NCBI RefSeq assembly: GCF_001194135.2 | Contig: NC_068981.1 | Span: 107,113,042-107,163,941 of the forward strand | DNA length: 50,900 bases | Origin: Octopus bimaculoides | Lineage: Eukaryota | Direction of reading: 5' to 3' | Shown: positions 1 to 13,139 of the stretch, piece by piece | How positions within the stretch are numbered: position 1 is the stretch's first letter | Layout of the letters: the number at the start of each line of letters is the position of its first letter | Made by a program: the position numbers and the translations under genes | The notes under the pieces: generated by a model | What the model was told of the DNA's origin: nothing | The model's database searches: none | The model's input: only the letters and a program-made list of their open reading frames with translations

Positions 1-23
1 ATATATATGTGTGTGTGTGTGTG

Positions 24-90
<67 letters not shown>
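1..90. repeat. Compound (AT)n/(GT)n microsatellite
   Basis: Directly visible. Confidence 0.95.
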
Positions 91-91
<1 letters not shown>

Positions 92-3000
92 CATGAAGTG
101 TCTTATTGATATATCAGCTTCAATAGATGTTGGTGTGTCAGAAAAAAGAAATACTGATTCTGTCCAAATGGAATGAAATATGAGAATTAAGAAGCTGCAG
201 ATAAACAGATAACCAAAATCAAAATATTTATATTCAAAATAGAAAATGTAGTTGTAATAAGCATTGTACACATTATGTAGAATACTCTTAGTTAGGAGAT
301 ATTTGTTCAAGGCCGGTGAAGGAACCCAATAGGTGTAGGACAACTCTGACTACAAATGACCCCTGGCCATTACATCCAAATCCTGTAACTTGAGGTCTTT
401 AAGCAAGTAATATCGTTTCCAGGTCAGATGTTTTTAGAACTTAGTTTTTAGTGCAATTATATTTATTTAAGGTGAAAGTGAAGTTATTTGCCTCGATTTC
501 AAAGAATCAGTTATCTGGGAAGGAAGGAGGTCTTTGAAAGGCCTCTTCAAAGGGGTCCGGTTCATTCTCTGTCGGAAAATTCCTACATTACATAGGAATT
601 TTTCACTTAGTCATGTAGTCTCCTGGTAGTGTTTTTATCATTAGTCTATTAGTTGGTGTTTTTAAGAGTATTTTATCAAGGCTCTTCCCTTTTTGTATTT
701 TTTTTTTTGTGCTTCATGAACTCATTTTTATTCACAATTGGAAAGAAGTTGAGTAGTTGTATTCTGCCATTATAGCATTTGTCATTGGTGTACTTGCAAT
801 AAGTACTTCCAACAATGAAAAGAGAATTTACACTTTAATTTTCAAATTTGTCAAAATTGCAAAGCTATTAAGATTTATCAATTTCTCTCTTTTTAACTTC
901 ATGTCTGTTCCTGATATCTTGTATTAGTTACTTGAGTTTGCATACCCAGAAAGATTATGATGAATTGTTGGAAGAATGACCTTATAATCATCTGCTTCAT
1001 TGTGAAACGTTGAGTGGCATTTATGTTTAGTTTAGCTGAAGCGACTAAAAGAAAAAGCTTTGCCTAAGGACACTACACAATGCTTTGGAATAAACACGAT
1101 GCAATTAGAGAATTTGAACAACTGACATGATTTGAACTTATAACCTTTGTGTTACCCTTTAACTTCTTGATCCAAAACCTTTTGCTTTGATCTTAATGAT
1201 TGATCATCTACCCAAAGAACCATCTGTCCCTTGCACACCCTGTGACCAACACATTCAATTCCAATTTGTTCTCATCAAGAACTTTTTTGTATCAAAGTAT
1301 TCAATTTATTTTTGATTATGTGTTTGCTGATTGGAAATTTCTTTACTTTACACACTAAAAAACTTTCAAATTGTGATTATGTTGCTTTTGTCCAGACACA
1401 CAATCATGTGAATTGATAGATGGCCTCTTTCAGAAACTAGAAATGCATTGTTAAACAGTATATCAACTATTGGTTAATATAGAAGCAAGAACTGTTCTTT
1501 CTTACAGAGTTATATTAAGCACATCTCAGTTAATCTTTTCAGCATGTCATCCAGTCTGTAAGAAGACGCTGTTATATTTACGTTCTTTTCCCCATGTATC
1601 CATGTTCAATATATCTCTCAGCTATAAAAGCTGCATATCACATTTCTTTTAAATGATTTTAAAATTTAGACATAACATTTCATTCAAGAACTCCTGACTT
1701 CACTTTACAACTAATACTGAAGATAATGAGCTACCAGTAATGGAAGTTTACCCCCCCCCCCTCTCTCTTTCTCTCTCTCTCTCTCTCTCATAAATGGTTA
1801 TTTTACTCACTTGCTAAAACCATAAGTTTTAGTGAAAATCATTGAAAGGTTTACTTCACTTCTGAAATGATGTAATATGGAGGCAAATGGAAAATTGCTA
1901 TCTGTTCACCAAACTATATAACTTAGTCAATAACCACTTGAAAAAATTACCATCATAAATTGCACCCAATGTCAATTTTTACTGAAGCTTCTCTCCTGTT
2001 TCACTTTTAGTTAAACCTACTCATTAGAAACCGGTATTATGTCCTACTTACTAGACTTCTTGCAAATATTTTGGTCAGTACTTCTTCTCTAGAACACTAT
2101 TTCAGAGTAATTATTTCTTTACTCACTTTAATTCCCCACCAGACATAAAACTGCAACAATTTAACACATAAACCATTTGTTTGAGATAGATCAATGAGTG
2201 AAGGATCTTCAGGCTTTCTCTTTCAATTAAAGTTATAACAAATGACCACTCAATTAACTACTTGGACCAGAGAATAATTAATCTAATCATGATGCACGAT
2301 GAGGAAATTAAAATAGTTGGAATTCTTGTAATAGTAAAATTAGTAATAAATTATAAACTGGTAGAGATGTCTCTCTTTATTTAAAGGTCTTACAATTGCT
2401 GTCAATTGTTATTGTCCAGCTATAGAAGTCTGATAAAATATTATTGAGGAAAGTTCATCAAAACACACAAAAAAAAAACTTTCTTAATTTCATTTTGAAG
2501 CTGAATCTTCATTTGTCATCTTGATTCCACTCCTTTGGTTTTCCTTAAAACAAACCACCCACATTTGTAAAAACTTTAGTCTAATCTAAGAAGCTCCTTT
2601 GTAGTAGATTAGTAGAACATCAACTCTTAGTTGTATTACTGACAAACAGATCACATCAAAGTTTGTTGTCTGTGGATAACATGCCTTCAACTACTAAAAC
2701 AAATTCATTAATATAGTTTTATGTTTTTCTGGTTACTATTTTTTGTTACAAATTGAAGGATGGCAATTTATCATCATCTAGTTTGGCTCTCTAAATGATT
2801 ATTCCTATATTCATAAAATATTCATGAGGACACTCTGGCATTATCTTCTCTTTCATATTCATTGTTAAATTAATCCATTCACAAATTACTAGGATCTATA
2901 TAACCTATAAATTTCACTTTGCTCAGAATATTAATCTGACATGGTTAAAAGCCTCGTTTCCTCAGCTAGGTAAACTGAGGCAAAGTAGAATTATGTGAGC

Positions 3001-3727
3001 TGACTAAAAGAGGGAAAAAGACAAAAAAAAAAAAGCCTTGTTGATTTGAATTCAGAATTTATGAACCAATTTATCAGTGTAGATATTTTGTACGTACCCT
3101 AAACATTTAATACTTTATCCACTGAATCGCACAAAGTTCATAGATTTGGTGACTGTGTCTATATGTTTATATATCTGAGTTGGTCACAAGTTTGGTTGAG
3201 TGATTAAGAAGTTTGCTTTCCAAGATCTCAAGATCTCTGACTCAGTCCTGCTTACTGCATGACATCTTACCATAAGTTCAGGTCAAGCTAACCTTGTGAG
3301 TAAAATTGGATAGACAGAAACTGTAAAAATCTGCCATACAGATTACATCTGTAATTCAAAAGGACAACCGTGTCACACTGTGTCCTGCTGATTCTGCCTG
3401 TGGATTGCATTAAAGGTACACAAATCTGCAGAATACCCATCCATTTATGATCTTCTACAATGAGTAGGTAGTTCAGTTGTTTGCACACGCAGCTGGACTA
3501 CTCATTGTTATTTTCTATTCCTTAAAGCTGTCCATGTAAGAACTCAGTGTTTCAGATATACTGTCAGCAGTACGCAGTACAGTTGCTTTAGTGTGATGAT
3601 GAGCTCTTGGTTAATGAATTCTACATCTGGTTTACTTTCATTTGCTAATGTCTGTAGGTAAAGCATGAATATCGCAACACTCTTATTCTGACCCTGAACT
3701 TGTTAGACTTCATCAAAGAAATTTTAT

Positions 3728-3730
<3 letters not shown>

Positions 3731-3770
<40 letters not shown>
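3731..3770. repeat. (CA)n microsatellite abutting the Tc1-like left TIR
   Basis: Directly visible. Confidence 0.95.
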
Positions 3771-3773
<3 letters not shown>

Positions 3774-4896
3774 GGATTAGACAAAATAATGGAAACACCT
3801 TAAAATCTCAAACAAATTTATTTTAATATGGGGTAGGACTGCCTTTGGCAGTAATTGCAGCTTGAATTCTATGAGGTATAGATTCGTACAAAGTTTGAAT
3901 TGTTTCCAAAGGAATTTTTGTCCATTCTTCAACTAAAACAATCTCCAGTTCTTGTAGTGATGGTGGTGGAGAATATCGACTCCTTACTTGCATTTTCTAA
4001 AATGCACCATAAATGTTCACTAATATTGAGATCTGGGGGCTGTGTTGGCCAGATAGGATGTACAACTTCACTAGAATATTCCTTGTGCCATTCAGTAACA
4101 ACTTTATCATCCTGAAAGATTGTGTTTCCCTTCGGAAACTGTTGTGCAACCATAGGATGAATTTGATCAGATAAAATGCTTAAATAGTCATGACTATTAA
4201 TTCTGTCATGAAAGGAAACCATTGGGCCAGTGGATTTCCAAGATATAGCGCCCCCCCCCCCATCATCACAAGATTCTTCTCCATGTTTAACAGCTAGAAG
4301 AAGGCAGCCCGAGTCAGATGCCTCTTTTGGCTTTCTCCACATGTATACTCAGCCAGTGGTCGGAAATAAGGTAAAGGATGAGTCACCCGAGAGAATAACA
4401 TTCTTCCACTGCTCTAGGGACCAAATCTGTAGGTTTTTTACTCCACTCTAAACGCTTCGCAATATTTGTTTTTGAAAGAAGTGGTTTTCAGATTGCAGCC
4501 CTGCCATGAAATCCAGCTTTGTGCAGCTCCCGGTGAACAGTTTTTGTAGAAACTGGGTTCTCAATGTGGTCATTAAGCTCTGCAGTACTTTTCTGGAGAG
4601 CTGTACTTTTCTGATCCTTTCTAACAATTCACGTAAGAGTCCACCAGTCCTTGTCTGAAAGCTTTGGTTTCCTTCCGGAGATACACCAAACATTTCAGCT
4701 GTTTTCACTATGCTAGCACTTGCCATACAAGCACCTTTTTCTGGTATCTGAAAAGAAACTGCAATTTTAGCAAAGCATATTAAGCAACAGTAATAATAAA
4801 TAAATAAAAAACATTAAAATAAACACACTTTTGACGGTTTTATAGATACTTCAAAATTATGATGCTAGGTGTTTCCATTGTTTTGTCCAACCACTG
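3771..4896 (-). mobile_element. Tc1-like DNA transposon, internally deleted, transposase pseudogene
   Basis: Imperfect ~30-bp TIRs (TAGGGATTAGACAAAATAATGGAAACACC at 3771; GGTGTTTCCATTGTTTTGTCCAACCACTG ending 4896, then TA). Minus-strand fragments ASIVKTAEMFGVS (HTH), IFQDD and WPTQPPDLNISEHLW (SPDLNPIE-type motif). Confidence 0.85.
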
Positions 4897-5802
4897 TATG
4901 TGTGTATATATATATATATGTGTGTATGTATGTATAAAACTGCTTTATAATGACCTTGAGAAAAGTATGAGCTTCAGTACTTCTTTTCCTCTCCTACAGA
5001 TTGTAATTTTCATGTTTGTACAAAAATTCATTATCCTTACAACAATGCATTTTACTCTCCCAATGCAACTTTGCAATATACTTCCTCCGTGTTAAATACA
5101 TCTTAATTTCTGTGACTTGTCACCTCTTGTAATCTTCAGATTCTGATAGCAATGCTTTGTATTAAGGTCATAATTATCCTGAGAATTATACTTCAGTAAT
5201 AAAATCAAAGAGGTGAGAAGATTTGAACTTAAATGAGGGAAAATGATGATACTTCACAGTGACTCTGGAACAGAGTAATCACTTACCTTGAACCTCGTGC
5301 TGCTGTCCCCTAACCAAGGCATATGAAGGCTAATTTGGTTTGCTGTCACTCTCTTGTATATCACCTTCTTGAAACTAAACAAAAGCATGCAGAAAGAAAA
5401 AAAAATATACTTAGAATATATTAGAAAATATTCTTATAAAAGACATCACAATTATAGCGATCTCTATGATAGTAATAGTGATGATGATAGTGACAGCAGT
5501 GGCATTATTGTTGATGATGGTGATTGGATTCACAGAGTCATTAGAGCATCAAACAAAATGTCTTCCAGTATTTGATGTGGTTCTTTATATTCTAAATTTA
5601 AATCCTGCCAAGATTCACTTTACCTTCTAGGTTCAATAACTTACCAGTCAAGTACTAAGGTCAATTTTATCAATTAAAATGCCTGCTACCACCACAAAAG
5701 GAATTTCTAGCCTTCTGCCTACATAAGAAAAATACTGTTGCTGAATTATGAGCTTATTCTTACTTATATGAGTCATTTACCTATTTTGTTTTCCTTTTCC
5801 AG

Positions 5803-5907
5803 ATTACTTAGGGAAGAAATTAGATGATTATGTTGCCAAATTAGGAGCAAAAGTACATATTGTTCGGTTAGAAGAAAGAACAGGATTGATCAGGGCTCGA
5901 TTAAAAG
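5803..5907 (+). CDS. GALNT1: GalNAc-T exon A (105 nt): (D)YLGKKLDDYVAKLGAKVHIVRLEERTGLIRARLK(G)
   Basis: Acceptor ttttccttttccag at 5802, donor GTAAGT at 5908; GLIRARLKG family motif; phase 1/1. Confidence 0.96.
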
Positions 5908-6437
5908 GTAAGTTAATTAAAACAGAACCTTTAATTTTCTATGAATTATTCTTCATTTTAGATTTATACCTATATTTTTGACTCCACTCTCCATGAATTA
6001 GTTCTGCCATGAATTAGTTCTGATGTATTCTCTCCTTTCAGTATTTAAAATATTTTTTTTATTCTAATGTATCATTCCCACAAATAAAAAATAAAATTTT
6101 TGTGTTTAGAAAAGTTAAAATATGTTGAACATGTGCATATTGACTGACAGATTTTCAGCTAAATCTGCAGGACTAATATTGACAGAACCAAGATAAGAAT
6201 TAATTCAATTAGATAACAATTTTAAGATCTTGCTATTTAATAAATTACTTATTGTTCTTCTCTTTCACCCCGCTCTCTCTCTTTGTCTCTTATAAATATG
6301 CACAGTTATCATCGTCTTTATCAGTCAGTTTTGCATCCACTTTTCCATGCTTGCACAGTTTACATGAAATTTTGTTGAGGCAAATTTCCTTTTTCTATGA
6401 CTGGATGCTGTTCCTGTCACCAATTCTCATCCATTTC

Positions 6438-6700
6438 CTTATTTCTTTATTGCCCACAAGGGGCTAAACATAGAGGGGACAAACAAGGACAGACAAAGGG
6501 ATTAAGTCGATTACATCGACCCCAGTGCGGAACTGGTACTTANNNNNNNNNNGTGCGTAACTGGTACTTAATTTATCGACCTCAAAAGGATGAAAGGCAA
6601 AGTTGACCTCGGCGGAATTTGAACTCAGAACATAAAGACAGAAGAAATACCGCTAAGCATTTCGCCCGGCGTGCTAACGTTTCTGCCAGCTCGCTGCCTT
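6438..6700 (-). mobile_element. tRNA-derived SINE family A (Meta-domain-like core), full length
   Basis: Minus-strand head GGCAGCGAGCTGGCAGAAACG (A box) and GAGTTCAAATTCC (B box), core GCCTTTCATCCTTTTGAGGTCGATAAATTAAGTACC, AAAGAAATAAG tail. 16-bp TSD AATTCTCAT(C/T)CATTTC at 6422-6437 and 6701-6716. Same family at 25617 and 29793. Confidence 0.88.
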
Positions 6701-6879
6701 AATTCTCATTCATTTCGATGTTAGGTAATATTTCCTTTGTTGCTTTCAAACAATGACCAGCTCAGTAGCCAGGCATGCTTTCACAGATTATTGATAACAT
6801 GCGATATTGTTTCTATGATGACTAGTTAACTGTTAGTACACTCACATAATGACAAGAGAAACCACTCACACACATACAC

Positions 6880-7035
6880 TCTAAGCTTCTTCCAGTTTCT
6901 GTCTACCAAATTTTACTCACAAGGCTTTAGTCAACCCTGCAGCTATAATAGAAGGCATCAGCCAACACTGATAAGTTCAACTCTAAACCATGTGAGCCTG
7001 AAGCGGATTTATTAACCACACTGTCACATCTGTGC
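6880..7035 (-). mobile_element. SINE family B fragment
   Basis: Matches the reverse complement of the family B body (accaaat..actcacaaggcttt). Confidence 0.6.
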
Positions 7036-7536
7036 TGAAGTGTGCCTAAATTTGACTGAAAAAACTGTTTGTACTAAAGCTGCAATTTGTTGAGTGTGCA
7101 CTGTCCTGATCAATAAACTCAAGAGTTACCCATCTAGAAGGGCATTAACTCAGAGAAAACTTCCTCCATACTAGTACTAGAGGCATCCTCTCTTAAACTG
7201 GTGGTACAATAAGATGCACCTAAACCATACACCACACCAAACTTAACTGGGTTTTTTTGTTTGTTTTTGCTGCTGTGTGTACAAGATGATGCAGAGTATG
7301 ACAACTTGTCCAATGCATGTCAACATAGAAAAACGTAAAATGGTGATGATGATTGTTAAAAATGTATTTGATCCTGGACTCCTGAACGTTATGTATCTAT
7401 TCAACACTAGTTTATATTTTATTAGAATTCAGTTTTCTCAATGGAGTAATTCTCTTTTACATGTACATCTTGTAATACAGATTTCGTATAGAGTGAAGAA
7501 GTGGAATGTGGACTTCATTATTCATCTCTAACTGGG

Positions 7537-7648
<112 letters not shown>

Positions 7649-7943
7649 ACATTTCTTGAGCTTGTACGATAATTTGTTTTATCGTTTTTGCACAGCTTAT
7701 CCATGCAACTATTTTGAGTCTCTTTTTATTTGTTGTTTAGCTCTACGTCATGCAGGATTTGAAAAATCCTATCATCAAAGATATTACAATTCATCTTTCT
7801 GTTTTCCAGACATAGTGTATCTATGACTATATTATTATCCCTTTAAAAAAATATAGGAGTAGAGTAGTTGTGATTTAGGAGAGGTTTGGGCTGGTTTAGC
7901 AGGTCATGTGACCACTTTTTTTTTTTAATGACATAAAGGATTA

Positions 7944-9198
7944 TATTGGGTTGGCAGGAAAGTAATTTCGTTTTTCGCAAATAGATAGATTTTTTTTTAA
8001 TGACTTTCGTCAGTGTTTTTATCTTTTCCTTTCCTTTTGTCATTTGATAGTCATTACTTTTAGCTTACTTTACAGTTGTTAGTTCAGTGTCAATTTTAAC
8101 ATGGAGTGCAAAAACGAACATTTTCGCCATATTTTGCTTTTTTATTTCTGTAACTGCAAGAAAGATGCTGAGGCTCACAAAGAGCTATGTGAAGTTTATG
8201 GTGTTGATTGCTTAACGGAACGCACATGTCAGATATAGTTTTAAAAATTCCATTCTGGAGATTTTTCACTCAAAGATGACCAACATTTTGGTTGACCTAC
8301 AGAAGTTGATGATGACTGAATGAAAGCCATAATTGAATTTGATTGTCATATAACTGTGCAAGAGATTGTAGAGAGGTTAAATGCATCACACACAACAATT
8401 GAAAATCACTTAAAATGACTTGGACTTGTTAAGAAGCTCAATATTTGGGTTCCACATAAATTGAAAGAGATTCACTTAACGCAATGAATCAATATTTGTG
8501 ATATGCATCTCAAATGCAATGAAATGAACCTTTTTTTTAAATGAATCATCACTGGTGATGAAAAATGGATTGTCTACAATAATATCAATCGCAAACGATC
8601 ATGGTCCAAGTGTAATGAACCAGCACAAACCAAATTGAAGGCTGAATTGCATCAAAAAAAGGTCATGCTGTCAGTTTGGTGGGATTACAAAGGTGTTGTG
8701 TATTTTGAACTGCTTCTAAGGAACCAACTGAACTATCCAGATGTTTGTCAACAACTAATGAAACTGGAGGAAGCAATCAAAGAATATCGGCCAGAATTGG
8801 CAAATCGTAAGGGAATTGTGTTCCATCATGACAATGCTAGACCACATGTCTTTGCTAACTCGTGAAAAATTATTGGAGGCTTAGTTGGGAAGTGATGTCA
8901 CATCCACCCTATAGTCCTGACCTTGCACCATCAGATTACCATTTATTTTGAAGTTTACAAAATTCTTTGAATAGTAAAATTTTCTATAATGATGACCTGA
9001 AATCGCACTTGCCTCATTTTTTTGGTGATAAGGACCAGAAGTTCTATGAGCGCGGAATCATGAAGTTGCTAGAAATATGACAAAAAGTCATCAAACAAAA
9101 TGGAAAATGTATGATTGATTAAAGTTCATTTTTTGTATGAAAAAAAATTACTTTTATTTCACACTAAAAACTGAAAATACTTTCTTGCCAACCCAGTA
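7944..9198 (+). mobile_element. Mariner (DD34D) transposon, near full length, resembling the mellifera subfamily; transposase pseudogene about 8101-9123
   Basis: TIRs TATTGGGTTGGCAGGAAAGTAATTTC / GAAAATACTTTCTTGCCAACCCAGTA with flanking TA. ORF start MECKNEHFRHILLFYF and motifs WVPHKL, ITGDEKW, HDNARPH, PYSPDLAPSDY; several stops and frameshifts. Confidence 0.93.
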
Positions 9199-10029
9199 TA
9201 CAGCTCTGTAATTTGAGTCGATGATTCAATAGACTATAATATTGATTTATAACCAGAGGTGAGCTACTTAAATTTTGACAGCAGGTTCACTGAGCTAATC
9301 AAAATTTTAACTGTAGGTACTGCATAAAAATATTATCAACAGTAAAATATTGCTTTACTATAAGAGTCTAAAATATTTTTAAATAGAGTGAGATTTGCAA
9401 ACTGAAGAAAGTCGTGATGGACTGAGAAGAGTCTGAAAGTTGGATGGAAATATATCTATAAATTCCTGAAATAGCCATTGAAAGGAGGTACAGGTGACAG
9501 AGTATTAGAAGTAGGATTGGAGAAGGACAGAAAGATTGATATGTACAATACATCAAACAACCACAGAGATACATATATGATAAAAGGTTAAATTATTGTG
9601 AAGAGATGGGAAGGATCATGATATTGAAGCAGAGATAAAACGGCAGAGTGAAGTGAGAACATATACAAACACATAATTACATTTACTCTTGTATAAACTT
9701 GCACACACACATCTATGTGTGTGTGTATGTATATTTCCTCCTTCATTGAGTGAATAATATTTTCCATCATTCTGAAATAATAATAAAAGCAGAAAATTAC
9801 ACAAAAAAAAAACTGATATTTAACTTTCTCTTCAAAGCGTTAAAAAGTCCTATTGAAATGCAATTGTAAGTAGCTCAAGCCATTTTGGCTATGTTGAGTA
9901 ATTGACATCATCATAACTTCTTGAATTCCTATTGAAAGAAAAATTGGTTTCTGAAATTGGTTTGTGTGAACTGAGTAACAAGCTGGGGATCAGTTATGTG
10001 TCTATCACTTGCTCAGTGACTATATCTTT

Positions 10030-10370
10030 ATCATTTGTCTTTTATTTGTTTCAGTCATTAAACTGTGGCCATGCTGGGGTACTGCCTTGAAGGCATTTTA
10101 GTTGAATGAATCCACCCCGGTATTTATTTCATAAAGTCTGATACTTATTCTATCAGTCTCTTTTGTCGAACCACTAAGTCATGGGGACATAAACATACCA
10201 GCACCAGTTGTCAAGTGGTGGTTGCGTACAAACACAGATACAAAGAGACACACACACACTCGACAGGCTTCTACCAAATCCACTCACAAGCCTTGGTCAG
10301 CCTGAGGCTATAGTAGAAGACATTTGTCCAAAGTGCCGTGCAGTGGGACTGAACCCAGAACACTGACTTT
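10030..10370 (-). mobile_element. SINE family B bipartite element (tRNA head + microsatellite + 3' module)
   Basis: Reverse complement of the 22648 and 47551 copies. Confidence 0.75.
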
Positions 10371-13139
10371 CCTCAGTAAAGATATATTACTGAAATGGAG
10401 GTTATGCTTGAGATGGACAATAAAAAAAAAGGGGGGGGAAAAAAAAACTAATGAAAATGCTGCAAATAACTCAGTTTATTAAGTGTTATTGCATAGTTCC
10501 AGTTTCTTAGAGTAGAGCTAAATGGAAGATTAGACGACCATTCTGCAGCAATGTACATTCTCTGATCTGGCACAAGAAATTCCATTTAGAGGATTTGGTA
10601 TGAACACCTGTGAGCTGGGTATCATACTGTACTGAATTAGACATTCTATTTCTAGAAGGTCCAATATCACATTATCAAAGATTGCTACAGCCATTGGATT
10701 GTGCTCTGTGTGTAACATACTTATTTCTGCTTGTATCAGTTTAATAATAGTTTCCATTCTTATAGTATAGCTGAGTAACAAAAAATTGATTTGTTCTGAG
10801 CATTTTTACAAAACAGCCAGCAGTCACTTATCTCCCCCATGAATTGATTTAAAGCAAGAAAAGTATGCTTAAATATTTGGCTGGGTGGTGGTGAATATAT
10901 CCAAGTTGATTATATTTCATCTATATTTGAATATTACCATTACTATCATCACTGATTGAACTTCAGTTTTTCTGTGCTGGTCAAATATAATTTTAGTATT
11001 ATATCAAAGCTATATTATGGTGCAGAATCTATGTTTAAATAAAATCTCCCAAGTCACTGTTATATTTAACTTTTTCTATTATGTTATAGTATTAAAATGA
11101 GTTATAAAAATCTAAACATGAAGTTATTTGATATCAAATTTGCTTTTGTATTAATTTTTTTAAAAAATTTATTTTATCTATTTCATTTTTACTATATATT
11201 TATTTATTTATTTATTGTAGCTGGTTCTGCTTCGATAGGTTTCTATTTTGGAATATATTTTATTTTAGACGGTAGTTACTATGTGCATAGAAACACTGAT
11301 CTTGAGTTGGTGATGGCTTATGTCTATATTCTTGTTAAGCATTGTTGCTAAAATTGTGGATGACAATTCAATCTGTCTAGAAGAAATTAGAAAAATATTA
11401 TGATAAAACTGACAGAATTCATTGACAGCTTTTACATGCAGAACATGTATACTTGGTTTATTAGTCTTCTGTTGGACAAGTAGGTGGTAGCGTGACTTGT
11501 ATGTGAACCACTTATGCTGGGTTGTTATAATGACCTAACTTCCATTGGTTGGCAGGTGGGATATGAAAACTTTTGTTTGTGTGCACGAAAGAAAAGGGAA
11601 GTATCTGGAGAAGCATCATAAGGAAAAAAATAGTTTTGAGCAAGTCTGTTTTGTTAACTCATATGGATAAAATTGATTTTTAAAGTGAAACTAAACTAGA
11701 TGCTTCTAATTAATGATATACATGCAAGTTTATTGTTAATGCAGTTTATGATAGATACAAAGAATTTAATCTGGCAGGTGATGGAAGCTGAATATATTTA
11801 CCCAGTCTGATTTGGCATCAAGCTGGGTGACATGTCAAGCTTCATGGCATATTTCATTCTAATCTAGTCTTTCATTTTATGAACAATTAGATTTTGTAGA
11901 ATTTCCATTTTTACAGAACCAGGAAGCTCTGCCTCTCTCTGTCTGTCTTTCTCTCATTAGGAAATGTAAAATGTAAATAAAGCTGATTAACTGGAAAAGC
12001 CTCTTTGCTTTTAGTAAGGCTAGTGAGAAGTTCAGAAGTGGAGAGGAAAGACTGCCAGCAAATTTTGAAGAGAACTGCCTATTGCAGTATCAATAAAAGA
12101 ATGAGCAGTATAAAATGAAGTAGGTCAAAGAGTAAAGATTCTTCTGTCTGAAGCTTTTTTTATCAGGCAGAAGATTTGAATCTTGATGCTGCTTAGTGTA
12201 CCAGTAGTGATTGAAAGTGGTTTGTCATTCCATACACCATGGAGAATTAACTATTATCCTTTTTTGAAAGCAAAAGTTAATTTTAGCGTGTAAGTTCAAT
12301 ATTCCTTATGGTTTACATTCCTTCAGAGACATTTGGAAAGGGAACCTATGAGAGGTTTTTCATGGTCAGTTGAGCTGTAAATAGCTGCCAAATCCCTCAA
12401 ATCACATTATCTTAAAAACAGAGAACTTTGGATAATGCTATCTTTATGACTGAAAAAAGAAAAAAAGAAATGAAAAAAATTATAGATCTGTTTAATCAGA
12501 ATTAGCCTTGGGCTGAACAACAATATGCCCACATAAATATACAAGCACAAGCAAGAGAAAATACAAACAAACCTATATACACATTCACTAACCTCTCACA
12601 CACACGCATTGAAAGTTGAGCCAACAGAAAAGTCTTAATGTGGTTGCTTGGCCAACCAAATCTCCCACAAATCTCATCCTACATAGGCATATAGGTTTGG
12701 TCAATCAGAGCTGACTTAGGACAAAATATCAACAACTATGAAAATTAGAGATTCTGATGGTGTTTCAATATATTTGAATATAGTGTAACTAGTGAGAGTA
12801 AGGTAGTGATGTAAGATGAAAGGAAATTAGCTGTCTTTAGGAGGAAATCTAAGAAAGAGGAAAAGAGATAAACTGGCACAGATTATTTAGAAGCTCAAAA
12901 ATTTCTGTTTATGATAAGTTGCATATAAAAGAACAATTGAGAAGACTGAAGGTTTGAGGATTTTGTTTTTTAGAAAGCCAAACACTTCAGTTGATGATTT
13001 CAAGGCAACAAATGTGGTAAATAAACTGAATTGCTACTGGAATATTCAAGAAACCAGATAAATATTGGTTTCAAATTTTGACACAAGGCCAGCAATTTTG
13101 GGGAAGTGAGTGAATCAATTACATTGACTCCAGACTTCA

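Noticed and set aside
532-552. Short palindrome CTTTGAA-AGGCCTC-TTCAAAG
   Set aside because: 7-bp stem, single occurrence, expected by chance
1811-2150. Weak minus-strand exon-like segments (1811-1861, 2127-2150)
   Set aside because: Poor pyrimidine tracts, very short, no recognisable peptide
5354-5575. Acidic D/S-rich ORF
   Set aside because: Low-complexity (GAT/AGT)n sequence, non-ATG start, no splice context
5645-5718. Second minus-strand AG...GTAAGT bounded segment near the 5287 candidate
   Set aside because: All three frames have stops and the donor lies in a degenerate SINE; shows such signals arise by chance
6530-6570. Apparent ~17-bp tandem duplication inside the SINE (TGCG.AACTGGTACTTA on both sides of 10 N)
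   Set aside because: The duplicated sequence flanks a placeholder gap and is absent from the other family A copies; most likely unmerged contig overlap
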